Positions 22,735-35,627 of a stretch of 63,946 nucleotides of DNA are shown here, one piece after another. The stretch's first letter is position 1, and each line of letters begins with the position of its first letter. Under the pieces are notes generated by a model. The model did no database searches and was not told the DNA's origin. It worked only from the letters and a program-made list of their open reading frames with translations. Where the stretch lies: contig NW_015167060.1 in the NCBI RefSeq assembly GCF_001447785.1, positions 1,621,402 to 1,685,347 of the forward strand, given 5' to 3'. The DNA is from Gekko japonicus. Lineage: Eukaryota. Made by a program: the position numbers and the translations under genes.

Positions 22735-24539
22735 CACAGTCTATCAAGCACATCCTCAGTTCAAAAGGGCTTTTGCAGTCCTGCAATCAAACACACTTGG
22801 AATCAGCGGAGGCTGCAGCGGAGGCTGCAGGGGTTTGTGTGTTGCATCTTTAATTTACTAAGCAGGGATTCCCCACCCCCAGTGACTGCAACTTGGAAGA
22901 GTTTTCGTTCCTTAAAAATTTCACAAGTCTATTTTCAGAGCCTATCAAGATGAAAACACTTATGCAGATGTGCACCAAGCAGTTTGTTAACTATGGTTAC
23001 ATGTTGGCACTGCAGGCTTCAGCTCACCTGTGTTTCATGTCATTTGGGTTTGCACTGGTGAGAATCCGTCTGCATTAGCCATAGTTAAGAGTTGCCGGCT
23101 CTGGGTTGGGAAACACCTGGAGATTTTGAGGCTAGAGCCTGAGAATGGTGGGGTTTGGGGAGGGGAGGGACTTCAGTGTTGTAGAGCCCACCTTCCAAAG
23201 TGGCCATTTTCTCCAGGTGAACTGATTGATCTCTGTTGCCTGGAGATCAGTTGTAATAGCAGGAGATCTCCAGCCACCATCTGAAGGTTGGCAACCCTAT
23301 TAAGTCATAGTAAAACTCTCGCACAGACAGGGTTTGTATGGTTGCAGTGAGTTTTCTATGAAAATATACAGGATAGCAGATGGGTGCTTTATTTGTACCA
23401 TTAGTCACTAACTGTGCATATCTTTGTGGGAGCATAAGCTTTACATCCGGTTTGATGAAGAGTTCTAGAGAACTCAGAAACTTGCACACTATTTTGTGTT
23501 TTTTGGTTGGTACTTATAAAAGGTATTCCATCGTTTTCAATGGTCTAATCAGAGATTTTTTTAAAAAGTCCCCAGTCATCTCACTAGGAAAGTACTTGTA
23601 ATCCCAGATGTGTGCTTGGTAGCTTGGCAGTTTGGTAGTCAGGCAAAGCACTCTGCACATGGACAAAAGAAATCTACCATCCATCCATCTATTTAATTAT
23701 TACCACATTGGCAGTTGCAGAACATAATCTTGGCACTGAAAACAGGTTATGAATCTGTGTGTTCATGAGCCTTGGATCAAATTAAGCAGAATCCAATCTT
23801 TATGCTTTTTCTGAGTGATCCTATAAATCCTAGCTACTCAATCCATCTGATTTTATACATGTTTACTCAGTGAGGGAGAAAAATCTTACCAAATTGGGTT
23901 TAGGACTGCCATCTTGAGTTTTATAGTAGTCTCCTGCTGGTTTCTGGCCTATCACAAGAGCTTGCCAGTGGCAGATATTTCAACGTCTGCTTAACCCTTT
24001 CTCCTGTACCATTTTCCCGATCTAGATAGCCTCTTAACCGAAAGGTATTTGCTCCATGGGAGAATCTTCAGGATCACTTCAAGTGGAGACTTGTATGAAT
24101 GAGCACACCTCTCCCCACAGCAAAGAATTCTGGCCTGATCTTGTTGACATACTGATTTTTTAGGAACTGGAGGATCCAGTAGGTATTTTCACCCACAGCC
24201 TGAAATGGTTCAGTCTAGATTTAGAAACTATGAAAACTGGTGTTTCTGTGGGATGTAGAAGAACCTCCTTTTTTTTACAATTGTTTGTAGGCAAGACACT
24301 ATCAATCCGAGCCTATTTTTAATGGGGCATGTAATAATACACATTTATCCGGGAATCTGCAAAACCTATTTACTTATGGCCATCAGAGAAGAGACTGAGG
24401 AGTGGGCATCCGTGATTTCCATGGGGCTGGATCCTCCTAATTAAGCATCATATGTGAATACCCGCTACTGTTTACCGCATTTTTCTTTCTTATATGAAAC
24501 AGGTTTTCTGATGGTGCTTTGTGGCTTGCACAAAGGGAG

Positions 24540-25480
24540 CGAATTAGCGTTTTCTACGCACGCCTCTGGCTTTGCGTCCATGTGCCGGCCTAATTGCTGA
24601 CCAGGGTCTACGTGCCTGCCTCTGCATGTGCCACATTTGCCCGGCGACCCCCACCGATCCCATAAAGACTCTCGAGGTTCTTCGTTGGTAGCGCATCGCT
24701 CGGCCCCGCCTGTCGGGCCGGGGCAGAAAGGTTCTGCTCCCTCCTTTCGGAGGCCCCGCCCCAATCACCGGGCGGGAGGCCTTCCAGGCCGGGGGTCCCG
24801 CTGCTGCATCCGGGCAGGGCGGAGGGGCGGGGAGCGCGGACTGCGCGCTATGATGAAATCCCCTCGCCGGGCGGGTATAGGGCGCGCGGTGGCTCATTGC
24901 AATATTCAGCAGCAGCAGGGCGAGGGCACCGGCGTCTCGTCTCCTCTCTCTTCCTCCTCCTTCTCGTCCTCCTCCTCCTCCTCTCCGAGCTGCTCCATGG
25001 CAGAGCTGCCCTGACTCCCCCGCTGCACCGCGCCGCCTCCGCCACCGCCGCCGCCCGCTCCGGCCCGGAATGATCTGAACCCCCCAGCGGAGACGCACCG
25101 GAGTCCAGCGCTATTGCCGATCGCAGGTGAGCGGCGGTGGCGGCTTGGCGGGGTTCCCTCCGTCTGTCCGGAGGGAGGAGGAAATTGCAGGTGTGGGGAG
25201 AGCACGAGATCGGAGAGATCCTCCATGGATTGGCCAGGGCGGGGGGTCATAGCGTTGGCCTGAAGGTGAAACGCGCGCACACACACCCGTGGGTGGGCCG
25301 GCGACGCGTGGCTGAGATCTGCCTTTTGGGGAGGAGGGGACTCTCTTCTGATGCCTGGCGAGGCTGGCTCGGAATCGGGGGGCTGATAGAGAGAGAGGTC
25401 ATCGTCCTGGGACCGCCCCCCCCCCCCATAATTTACCGAGCCAGCAGCCTCGCCAGCCCCCCTCCCCCTCCCTTCCCGGG
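24540..25480. promoter_or_regulatory. CpG island: SNCB promoter, probably shared head-to-head with EIF4E1B
   Basis: Dense CpG, GC boxes (ccccgccc ~24754, ggggcgggg ~24824), CCAAT at 24761. The two genes are head-to-head in mammals. Confidence 0.8.
24900..25126 (+). other. SNCB: SNCB non-coding exon 1 (5' boundary approximate)
   Basis: Strong donor gcag|GTGAGC at 25126/25127 inside the CpG island, ~1 kb upstream of the ATG exon; SNCB has a non-coding first exon in other vertebrates. Confidence 0.6.
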
Positions 25481-26141
25481 TTTCAAGGACACGGAGTCAT
25501 CCCTGTTCGAGTTGCCTTGATCCTGGTTCAGTCCCGGTTTCCTTCTTGCCTTTGCACATACGGGGAAAACTAATCCATGCTTTTTAGGGATGGGGCTTGA
25601 GAGAGGTGGTGGTTTCCAGCTGCCCTCCCCACTCCCCCGTGTTAAGACGAACAGGAAGGGGGCAGCTGCAGCCATGAGGACAGGCGAGGTAGGCCAGGGT
25701 GATGGCTGCTGGGGAGGGGCAGCCTTTGCAGCAGTAACAGCTGTCAGGAGACTTGTTGAATCTGGGGCACGGGGTTGCTTCCCCCATGGCAGCAAGCGGG
25801 ACTCGGCATCCTCCATGTGGCTGCTCCCCTTCCCTTTGGAGAGCCGCCGTCTCCTGCCTCTCCCAGCCCAACGGGCGGGCAAGCTGGCAGGGGAGCCAGG
25901 TCTGCAGCACAATACTGCCCGGAGCTGAACAAGATGGGCAATGTCTTCCACTCACCCTGGATACCAACCTGGGGAAGTGCTGTGCCAGCCATTCCCAGGC
26001 TTCCCCCCCCCCCATCTCTCCAGAGCCGGATTCACCTCCTTCCCCCCAGAAATGTGACCGATCTGGGTGGTGGGATCAGCAGAGCCCTCTGCTGAAGCCA
26101 TCTTGGGCTGTCTCTTCTCTCACCCAGACCTCAGTGCCGGG

Positions 26142-26262
26142 ATGGATGTGTTTATGAAGGGCTTGTCCAAGGCAAAGGAAGGGGTCGTCGCTGCAGCAGA
26201 GAAGACCAAGGAAGGGGTCGCAGTGGCTGCGGAGAAGACCAAGGAAGGCGTCCTATATATGG
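26142..26262 (+). CDS. SNCB: Beta-synuclein coding exon 1
   Basis: [40 protein letters not shown](G), 121 nt, donor gtaaga; acceptor at 26127 or 26134. Confidence 0.98.
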
Positions 26263-28296
26263 GTAAGACTGTGCTGCAGAGCTGCCCCACAGGCTGTGCC
26301 AGTGTGCCCTCTTTCGTAGGAGGATCTAAGGGGAAGGTACCATGTAGGGAGGGGGGAGAATCAAGCTTCCATTGAGGGGTTGGGGCTCATTTTAGGCAGC
26401 CCTTCGGAATTGGTAAGTTGGCTTCTCCCCCTCCCCCAATTCCCTCTTTTTCTGTGGGAAGGGTTCTAGCGCAGTGGTGGGGCACAATGCACAGGGCAAC
26501 AGCAGACCCAGGGAAATGGAGTCTGGTGTGGGAGGGGGTGTGTGTGCAACTTGTATAAAGCCACTTCTTTTCTCTTCATCCTTCCTGGATCTCCTATGAG
26601 GGCCAGGTGGGGGCCAGATGTCAAAGATCACTCTTCACTCTTGACAGGTTTTGTCTCCTTGAGCTGGTTTGCGGGAACCTGCTTGGTTTTTCTTATTTGG
26701 TTATTGTTATATAATTACTGTACAATATTCCTTGTCCTTAAAATGCTGTGAGCAGATGGTCAAGAACTGTAGTGCTCCTTTAATCGAGAGTGCATTACAT
26801 TCCCATAGACAGACCGAGAGTCTGTGACACCGCTGGAATATACCCAGGATTTTTGAAAACTCAGTCTGGAATCAGACTCGCTTCTTTTTTCTGCTTTATT
26901 TGCTTCTCATATGGCTGGTCCTACCGGTCCCTCGGGGGGGGGGAGGGCAAAATTGATAAAGTTATACCTTTTTATTGGATCAGCAGTTTAAAGATGGCAG
27001 AGAAGCACCTGAGTTTCATGGAACTCTTTATCAACCAAAATGAATCTACCCAATGAATAGTCTCATCTTTGCCTGGTGAAGAACTCTTTGAAATAAGAAT
27101 GCCTTTGCATAGCCTTTAAAGGATGGAGCAGCCGGGCATCCTCGCCATCTGCCTATCTCCGCTCTTGTAGATACAGTAATGAAGCATTGGCCATTGGCTT
27201 CCTGTCTTCCATAGGCATCATCTTCCACCCCCAGACTGCTGTCTGTATGCACAAGCTGCATCACACAGCACTCTAGGTTCGGCTCCTGGATGTTTTGAGC
27301 CAGCCATTCCAATCTGTGACTGTCCCGCCTCAAGGCTGGTGTTTAGGGGACCTTGGGCCAGGGCACAAACAGTGTGCACAGCTGCAGTTCCGCTCTAATG
27401 AAAAGGGTTGGTTCTCCGTTGGCTGATTTTGTGTCCAGTTCAGCATGAGAGTTCAGTGGATGAATATTCATAAATGTCCACTCTGCATTCAGGAGCTACT
27501 TCAGTTTTTACAGATTTGCTAACACACACATACACACACACACTGCTGGAAAAAGCCAGAGGTGTCCTCCAATCACCCCACTCCTTCCAGTCAGGGCAGA
27601 GACACAGGCAAGCAGAGCTCCCTCCTCCCAGCAATTCATGTACCATCATCTCACCAGCATTGTAAGCACATGGATGCTGTGGTGCAAATATGCACCTAGA
27701 AAACAGAGAGACTTTGATCATGGAGGAAGAAGAGAACAAAGGCCAGGAAGCAGGAAGAGTTGTGGCCTAATAGCACAAGAGTGTCTGCCTCATTCACACA
27801 ATTCAGGCTTTTCTGTGAAAACCTGGGGAAAGTGCAAAAGTTGTCAATAAGCAGAGTATGATGTGGACAATACCCGCTGTCTTTTGAACATGCTCCAACA
27901 GGCTGTTCTACTAGTGTTTCTTCCTTGTTTCTCTTCCTGACTCTTAAGCCTGGTTTATCTTCCTTCAGTGCAGACAACTTAGAGATGCCAGCCTCTAGGT
28001 GGGTCCTGAGGATCCCCTGGAATTACAACTCCTGTCCAAACTACAGAGATCAGTTCCCTTGGAGAAAATGGATGCTTTGGAGGGTGGACTCTGTGGCGTT
28101 GTACCCCATTGAGGTCCCTGTCCTCGCCAGGCTCCATCTCCGAATCTCCAGGAGTTTCCCAACCTGGATCTGGCTACCCTACCTCTCCCCATCTTCCTCT
28201 GGTGGGCAGGGGGGACCTGGCAACCCTTAAACATGAGGAACATTTATTCCAGCATGAGCTTTTGTGACTTAGAGCACACTTCTTCAGATGCAGTGG

Positions 28297-28430
28297 GTTG
28301 TTGTTGTTCAGTCGCACAGTCGAGTCCGACTCTTCGCGACCCCATGGTCCAGATCACGCCAGGGCTTCTGGTCTTCCGCCGTCCTCTGAAGTTTGCTCAA
28401 CTTCATGTTCGTTGCCTCTATGACACTGTC
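28297..28430 (-). mobile_element. BovB/RTE LINE 3' fragment
   Basis: ttgttgttgttcagtcgcacagtcgagtccgactcttcgcgaccccatgg matches the antisense BovB 3' end with a (CAA)n tail; agtgggt occurs on both flanks. Confidence 0.75.
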
Positions 28431-31122
28431 ATAGTTGTGTCATAGTGGGTAGCTCCAGCCATAAACTAGGGGTTGGCAACAGTACATGCAGACAGTATTA
28501 TGGACTTCTTTAGAGGGTATTAGGGAATGAAGGTGGTAACTCCAGTACTGTTCACATATGTGCTATGAACAGGAGCTGTGTGCTGTTTGGGATCAGGGTA
28601 TGTGAAAGGAAGCATGCTCCCATGTGTACCTGCCTTCTGTTTTGAAACTGTGTTTAGAGCTCCTTCCTAGAATGTCCCCATTTTCAGATCTTATGCAGGT
28701 GGCATCTGGAGTTAGGCTCTTGCATCCCACAAGATCAGCTTGCAGAGTGGGACTTTCCCACTTCTCCCTTCTGCAGCGGTGCACTGGATTCAGTAGACCT
28801 TCAGGAGCAGCCCTGGAGACAAAATAAGGCCCATCAGTGTGTGTGGGAAACACTACCCCCTACCCTACCCTGGAAGCGTGATTTGCCTTGTTGGATGGCT
28901 GCCCACAGTGTATGTGTAGCTTCCCACACTCTAGGGCAAATAACAGCACTGTGGGCCATTTCAGATCAAGAAAATGGCAAAGGGGGAAGGATGAAGCTAC
29001 TTCTTGTGCTGCAGTCTTCATCTGAATTGGATCCCTGTGGTGCTTCAGAATAGAGTTCCGACAGGAAACTCACCCCTACAGTCTGGGCTGCAAGTCCCAT
29101 GGCAATCAGGCCTTGTCACTTAACGAGAGGTGGCTGTGGAATGCTGTCCTCAGAGACTCTCCTGATGTCAGCTCCGCTTTATAGGTCTTTAGGGTCCAGG
29201 TTAAGACTGTTAGGCCAGTCTTTTAATTCATAATGCATTTTTGCTGCTGTGGCTACTTTGCTGGGGTTTTTTTTCATTCTTAGGGGTTTTATTCTCAGCA
29301 ATTGATTTTAACGTATCGATATGTGTGTGTGTAGTTTGCCTTGGAAGCTTATTAAGTTGCAAAGTGGTATATCAGTATTTTTTCCCCCCTCCTTGGAGGA
29401 CCAGGTTTAGAAAAGGCCTGGCTGGAGGGTGTTGGATGTATCCCAGAATTCTTCCTATTCCACAAGCAGCCATATTGTCTTTGGTGAACAGAAGCACTCT
29501 GAGAATGAGAACAGCAGGTTTCACTCATGTGATGCTCGCGTGAATGAGCAGTTAAGGAATGATGGTATAATTGCACTTTAAAAAGCAGCATGTACTCCTC
29601 TTCTTTCACATGGTGTGTTCCCAGGTATTAAATACCCCCGATGCTGTGCCCCCTGAGTGAATGCCCTGCTGGGCAGGCTTGCAGTTGGCTGTCTCTCCCC
29701 TGGGGACAGGGCAAACACCCTTCTCCTGGCTAATGAGCGGAGGAGGCCGTTACCTTGCCTTAGTTCTCATCTCTTTGTGAACCGTGCAGGAACAGCTGAG
29801 GTTACCTCTGTAAATGTGACCTTTGTCTTTTATCTGTCTGTCAAGCCTCTTCCCTCTGTCTTCTGCTGATAATGTCCATCTTTCCCTCTTCCTCGTACCC
29901 CATCCTTCTGCTGTGTCTATCAGCTTCTCCCTCTTTTTCTGCAGGGTATAGCATTTTTTCCAGTTCTTGGTTATTTTACTGTAGAAAGGCACAGTAATCC
30001 TCCTGTGCTTGGGAAGACTTACTAATGAAATTAGAAACCCCCTAATTAATGTCATATAAACAGCACTTCTTGTAGGCTGAGGCAGGATGCCTTCAAGTTA
30101 GTAACCGGCACTGTTAAAGAGACCTGCAGCAGCAGACAAGAGTTGTGCCTTTCCCCCCCCTTCTTCTTGAAGCACCCTTTTCCTGAAAACTCCTACATAC
30201 TGTGTTGATTTCTCTTCCTTTTGTATCACTCCCTTCAGGGAGTAGCTGGAGATTCAAGGAGCTGCTCTCCTTCCCTGCTGTAAGCTTTGCTGTCTAACAT
30301 CTCCCCAGGTCTTCTGAAAAATCTTGTATTTACAATATCTCTATGCGGCTGCATTGGAAGAAAAATTAATGGGCTCCCTGGAATCATATGGGATGTTTTT
30401 AACTGTATTAGGGTGTTTATTGTAATGATTATGATCTTTAGTGTATTTATTGGATTTTCTTAATGTTTTAAAATGCTGTTTTTTTAAAAAAAAATTGATG
30501 TCACCCACTCTGATCTGGTTCCAGGAGAGCATGTTATAAATCCAATAAAATAATAGTAATTTTATAAAAAATAATTTAAAAATTCCTATTTTTCAAACTG
30601 AAAACCTAAAGTCGGTGGCTGGAATAGATTATACAGATTTAGTGAGGTACATTTAGTTTACATAATTACATGATATTTGGTGGAGTGAGGGCTCCCCCCT
30701 CATGGAATTCAGGGGTTCTTTCCCCTTAGAGACTGGAGTTGCAGCATATGCAAAAGTAATGAAGGAAATGAGTATGATCTGGAAAAGCGGAGAAATGTTG
30801 ATGGGGAGAGCTACAGGTAGTGGCTGATGAATGTGCTAACTAAAGAAGTTGTGCTACATGATCACCGGATACCTTTTCCATTTTTCCATTTCTAGCAAAA
30901 CAAGCCTGCCACATTTTTCCCCTCTGCAATCAGAGGTTAAAAAAAATGCAGCTGAGCTAGTTGGATTCTGCTCCAGTTGCTTGGTACTGCAGCCATGGCC
31001 CCACAGATTCCCAGCATACATTCTTCTTGTTTGTATATAAGTTAGGAAGCCCTGCCATTTACTAGCAGAGGAAGGTCTAGGAATCATGGTGAAAGGATTA
31101 AGAACGGGGAGAGTGCCTAGAC

Positions 31123-32340
31123 CAGGGGTGTCAAACATGTGGCCCTCGGGCATGATCAGGCACTTGGAAGGCTTAAATCCAGCCCTCAAGGCCCTGGCTG
31201 TTTCCTGCTTCCTTTTCCAGTTCTGCTGCTGCTGCCATGTTGCAGCTTGCTTTACCAGACTCTCTCAGTTGCACAGGAGAGATAGATAGGCAAGCCTTTC
31301 CTGTGCGATTAAGAGAGTCTGGTAAAGAACTGGCTGAAGCTCCTCCCCCTACTCCTCCCAGGGAGAGGGAGAGAACTGGCCAGGCTACCTCAATCCTACA
31401 GGAGACAAAGGGAAGCCTTTCTTTCCTTCCACTGGTTGAGGCTCCTCCCTGAAGAGAGGGAGGGAGGGAACGAGGGAGAGCTTGGTTTTCTGGGCTGCCT
31501 CAATCGCATGGAAGAAATACTAGGCACCTTTAAAACCAACAAAGTTTTGTTCAAGATATGAGCTTTTGTGTGCCTTGCTACAGGGTGTGTGCATTTTGTT
31601 GGGCTCCTTATGCTCTCTCTGTGTGTGTTTTGTAGGGCTCCTTATGCCAAGTCTCCTGGGTGCAACTGGGTCTCTCCCCCTTTTCACTGTGTTCATGCCC
31701 TCATGATCTGGTCTTTCTCAGTAAGAAAGCAATATGAACTATTTTAGAGGAGGAATAAGAACAAGCCAGTGAGGTGGATTAGGCTGATACTGTGTGTCAG
31801 ACCAAGTTCAGCTAGCACATTTCCTTTGTAAGACGTTGTAGCTACTTCTCTAGGAAATAAGTTTTGTAGACAAACACATAGCCCTCAGTCTGTGTCAGGA
31901 TGCCTTCTCATGTTCTTGACCAGCACATGAAGTAACGTATGTAAAAAAGCTCACAATGCCCAGCCATTTCATGTTTATCCCCTGTGTCCTAGGCTCAGAA
32001 TACTGAGCATGAGATTTCTGCAGTGAATGTCAATAAATCAAAAGTAGGTTTGCAGTTTACAGATACACACCTGAGCAGCATAAAGATTGCTATAGCACAG
32101 ACATTTTGATGCAATAATTCAGAGCAAGAGGTTTCAGTTATCAGAGACTGTTAAATATTGCAAGAGTGCTAGTGTTTTAAGCATGTTTTATTTAAAGTTT
32201 AAAAAATCTTTAATTGTGTCCTTTATAAAGTTCATATCTCCACTACCTGGAATTACATTTTATGACACAGATGGCCCCATCCAACAAGATCTCATTTATA
32301 TCAGATCTTGCCCCCATAACAAATGAGTTCAACAACCCTG
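31123..32340. mobile_element. Non-autonomous hAT (Charlie-like) DNA transposon
   Basis: TIRs caggggtgtcaaac / gttcaacaaccctg, perfect 8-bp TSD gcctagac. Confidence 0.85.
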
Positions 32341-35280
32341 GCCTAGACAGTCAAGTCCTGCCCATTGTAGACATGTAGCTCACCAAGTCAGAGTTACCAG
32401 CTCTAGTAATCTAGTCCCTACATTTTCAAACTGTGGATCAGTTCCAAGATGGCAGAAGATCTGAAGACAGCTTGATCTTTTCCCCCTCTGCCATGTTCGG
32501 GATTGTGACCAGAGGTGCCTACAAGAAACAAGAAGGACTTTCTTTGAGACTCAGGAATATCAGAGGCTTTCCTGCAGTCTTTTCAAAACCTACTTCACTG
32601 TGATCTTTTTTTGAAAGATCACAGCAAAGCTTGGGTGGACAGGAGAGTCTGGATCTTTCCCAGCTATGCCCACATTGGTGCCATTTTCCTTGCTGCCTGG
32701 CTGCTATTCCCCTCCTCCCAGGGGTCCTTTAAAAAAATATCAGTAATTGATGTACAGCTATAGTGATATGTAAATTACCAATTTAAAAAATTAACCTCAA
32801 AGCCACCCCCTCCCCAGTAGTGCTGGGACAGGAGAAATACAGGGAAACCTGCCAGGTGGAAACCCGTTGCTTGCTGCAATAAGAAGGAAACCACAGAGAA
32901 TCGTTGCCATGTGGAAGTTACTATTGTTCTCATCAGTTTCCACCAGGAATGGGAGACTGCCCCCTTTGGGTCAAGGGGCATAGAGCAGAGCATGACTCTC
33001 AGACCCCTTTTAACCTTGCTGAAGCTGACAGAGATTAACGATGGGTGAAAGGGTTGTTGTTGTGGTCTGCTGTTTTCTGTGGAAGGGTGTGTGTCTGTGT
33101 GGACACGTGCATGCCCAAGGGACCAGTGTTCTTAGTGGGGAGGCACCGAAGGACATTTTGTTCAGCACGCTTCAAAGCCTGGAGCCAGCCTTGAAGCTGC
33201 ACACACATGACTGTGTGTGAGAATCTCTGCCTGCTTTATCTGTAGAACAGATGGTTCATGTTGGGCTGGGCAGCAGCCGAGTAGGCTGCGAAGGGAGGAT
33301 CCAGCTTCCAGAACCTCATGACACTGCCTTTACCGCCATTCCACTTGTTATGCAGAATGAGGTGGTAGAAAAGTGGATGGTATTTTTGAATGCTGTTTCA
33401 CTTTAAAAACATTCCCTTCGTATTGTAAATTAGCACACTGGGGAGAGAGGTTTAGCACAGCCCACTTTCCTCACTGTGCTGATATACAATGTGTGAGGAG
33501 TTTTTTATGTGGAGGAAGATTTTAAAAAAATGGTCTCCCCTACCTGCATGCTGAATTGGTACGGTCCACTCTATCACCTCATTTTTGCTGCATGTGTAGA
33601 GCTGGCATTTAGTCCCACAGTTCTCACAAGAAGTAACTAAGGCTGTAATTTGGTGTCCATTTAACTGAAAGTAAATGCCATTTAACTTACTGAGTGTTCC
33701 TTCAAAGGAAATGCATTTAGGGCCATACATTTTCTTCTGTTACTGTCTCAAGTGTACTGAATTACATTTGGCTGAGGAATCCGATTGACAGGCGAGTCTA
33801 GCCTTGGTCTGCGGGCTTGTTTGTCATCAGTACAAAAGAAAGCTTTGCACACACGCAGTGCAACCAAGAAGAGAAATAACTTCCTTTACCACACACTGAT
33901 TGTGTGAAGGGAAGTTTAGTTGAACCCTCTTAAGAATGAACTAATCCAGGCAGAGTGTTCTTTGGATGGGATGGAGTGTTGATTCTAAACTATAGCGGCG
34001 AGTATGTGAATGAATTGAGGAGCAGGTCCCCTGTCTCAGTCAGTATTTAATGCAGGAGCCAGATCTTCTGAACACATCTGTAGCTACTGCTTTCCAGGAC
34101 AGAGCATCCCATTCCCTAGGTATGCCCTAGATTCTTTTTTCCTAGATGGATGACCTTGCATTTGGCTGCACTGAAACGGTTTTTGGAACAGGCCCAGCAT
34201 AACAAGCAATTCAGACTGCTGGAAATGCCCAGTCCTCCTCATTAATTACCACTCTGGCCATTTTGTATCTTGGACATGTTTTATTGGCAAGCATTTTAAT
34301 ATCTTCCACTATATATATATGTGTGTGTATGTGTGTGTATTTTTATATATATATAAAAACCAGATCCCTCTGGGAGCTTAATCTGGGCATGTCTACCTTT
34401 AGCATACTTAATAATTGGATTGTGCATTTCATTGCTGTCATATAATGCTGCTGCTTTAATTGGAATGTCCCAAGGTAGTGTGTCAAGTCCCTTAAAGAGG
34501 TCTGTTATAATGACTTGGTTACCCTTTTGAACCAAAGCTTGTAAATAATGAACAGAGAAATCTCAGGAGGTGCTGGGCAGGAGAGCTGCAAATAGCTAGG
34601 AAGGAACACACAGAGGCTAGCTGGGCTCCTGGTATCTCTAGCTGTACTGGGCTGGCACTGTAGGGTGGGACAGAGATGGTATCTGCGCAGAAAACGCAAC
34701 TTTTGCAACCCAGGTTGGAACTATGGCAGAGGCTGGAGCAGAAGCTCAATGAAGCGCAACTGCTTTAGTCCCAGTCCTGAGCCTAAAACATTTTATTTTA
34801 TTTTAGTCTGCACAGTGCTGAATTATCATTACTTACAGATGTTGAGAGTTCACCCTAAAATCTACTGGCAAATGTGCCAATCCAACTGGCACAGGGCCAG
34901 CATGAGATCTTTCCTCCATGCTGTATGGAATTGCCCCACTGGCCCCAGTTCCCAGGATGCAACAAGGTGCAGCAGAACTCATGCTTTGAACGTTCAAGGA
35001 TCAAAGTTCAATCCTTGTCATCTTTATTTAGAGGATGGCAGGTAGTAAAAATCCCAGCCAGAAATCCTGGACATCGATTGCCAGTCTAAGTATTGGGCAA
35101 ATAGATCACTGGTATAAACCAGATTAATCAGTCCATGAGCCTCCTGCTGCTCCCCCTGCCTCTGAAAGTGATTCAGTAGCCTGAAGTGGTTTGTGGTTCA
35201 TTGTTATGTCGCCGCTTTGGAGCCAATCTCCTGCCACAATATTCCTGTTGTCAAGTTGATTATTATTATTCCCATTTTAA

Positions 35281-35627
35281 AAAGGTAAAGGTTCCCTTGC
35301 TCGAAAGCCAGTCGAATCCGACTCTAGGGTCGCGGTGCTCATCTCCGTTTCAAAGCCGAAGAGCCAGCGCTGTCCGAAGATGTTTCCGTGGTCATGTGGC
35401 CAGCATAACTAAACACCAAGGCACACGGAACGTTGTTACCTTCCCACCGAAGTGGTACCTATTTATCTACTTGCAATTTCTTGCTTTCGAACTGCTAGGT
35501 TGGCAGGAGCTGGAATTAGAGATGGGAGCTCACTCCATCATGCGGCACCAGGGTTTCGAATGGCTGAACTACTGACCTTCCACAGCCTGGAGTTCAGCGT
35601 CTTAACCACTTGAGCCACCGCAGCTCC
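35281..35627 (-). mobile_element. Sauria SINE, full length
   Basis: Same family as above; TSD attcccatttta on both sides. Confidence 0.9.

Noticed and set aside
24465-26157. Many long overlapping ORFs (100-184 aa) around the SNCB promoter
   Set aside because: Low-complexity Gly/Arg/Ala/Pro translations expected from stop-poor CpG-island DNA; no recognisable domain.
35186-35575. Recurring 'KVKVPLLESQSNPTLG...FPPKWYLFIYLQFLAFELLGW' peptide (also 21553, 53995, 58816)
   Set aside because: Antisense translation of Sauria SINE copies, not a gene family.
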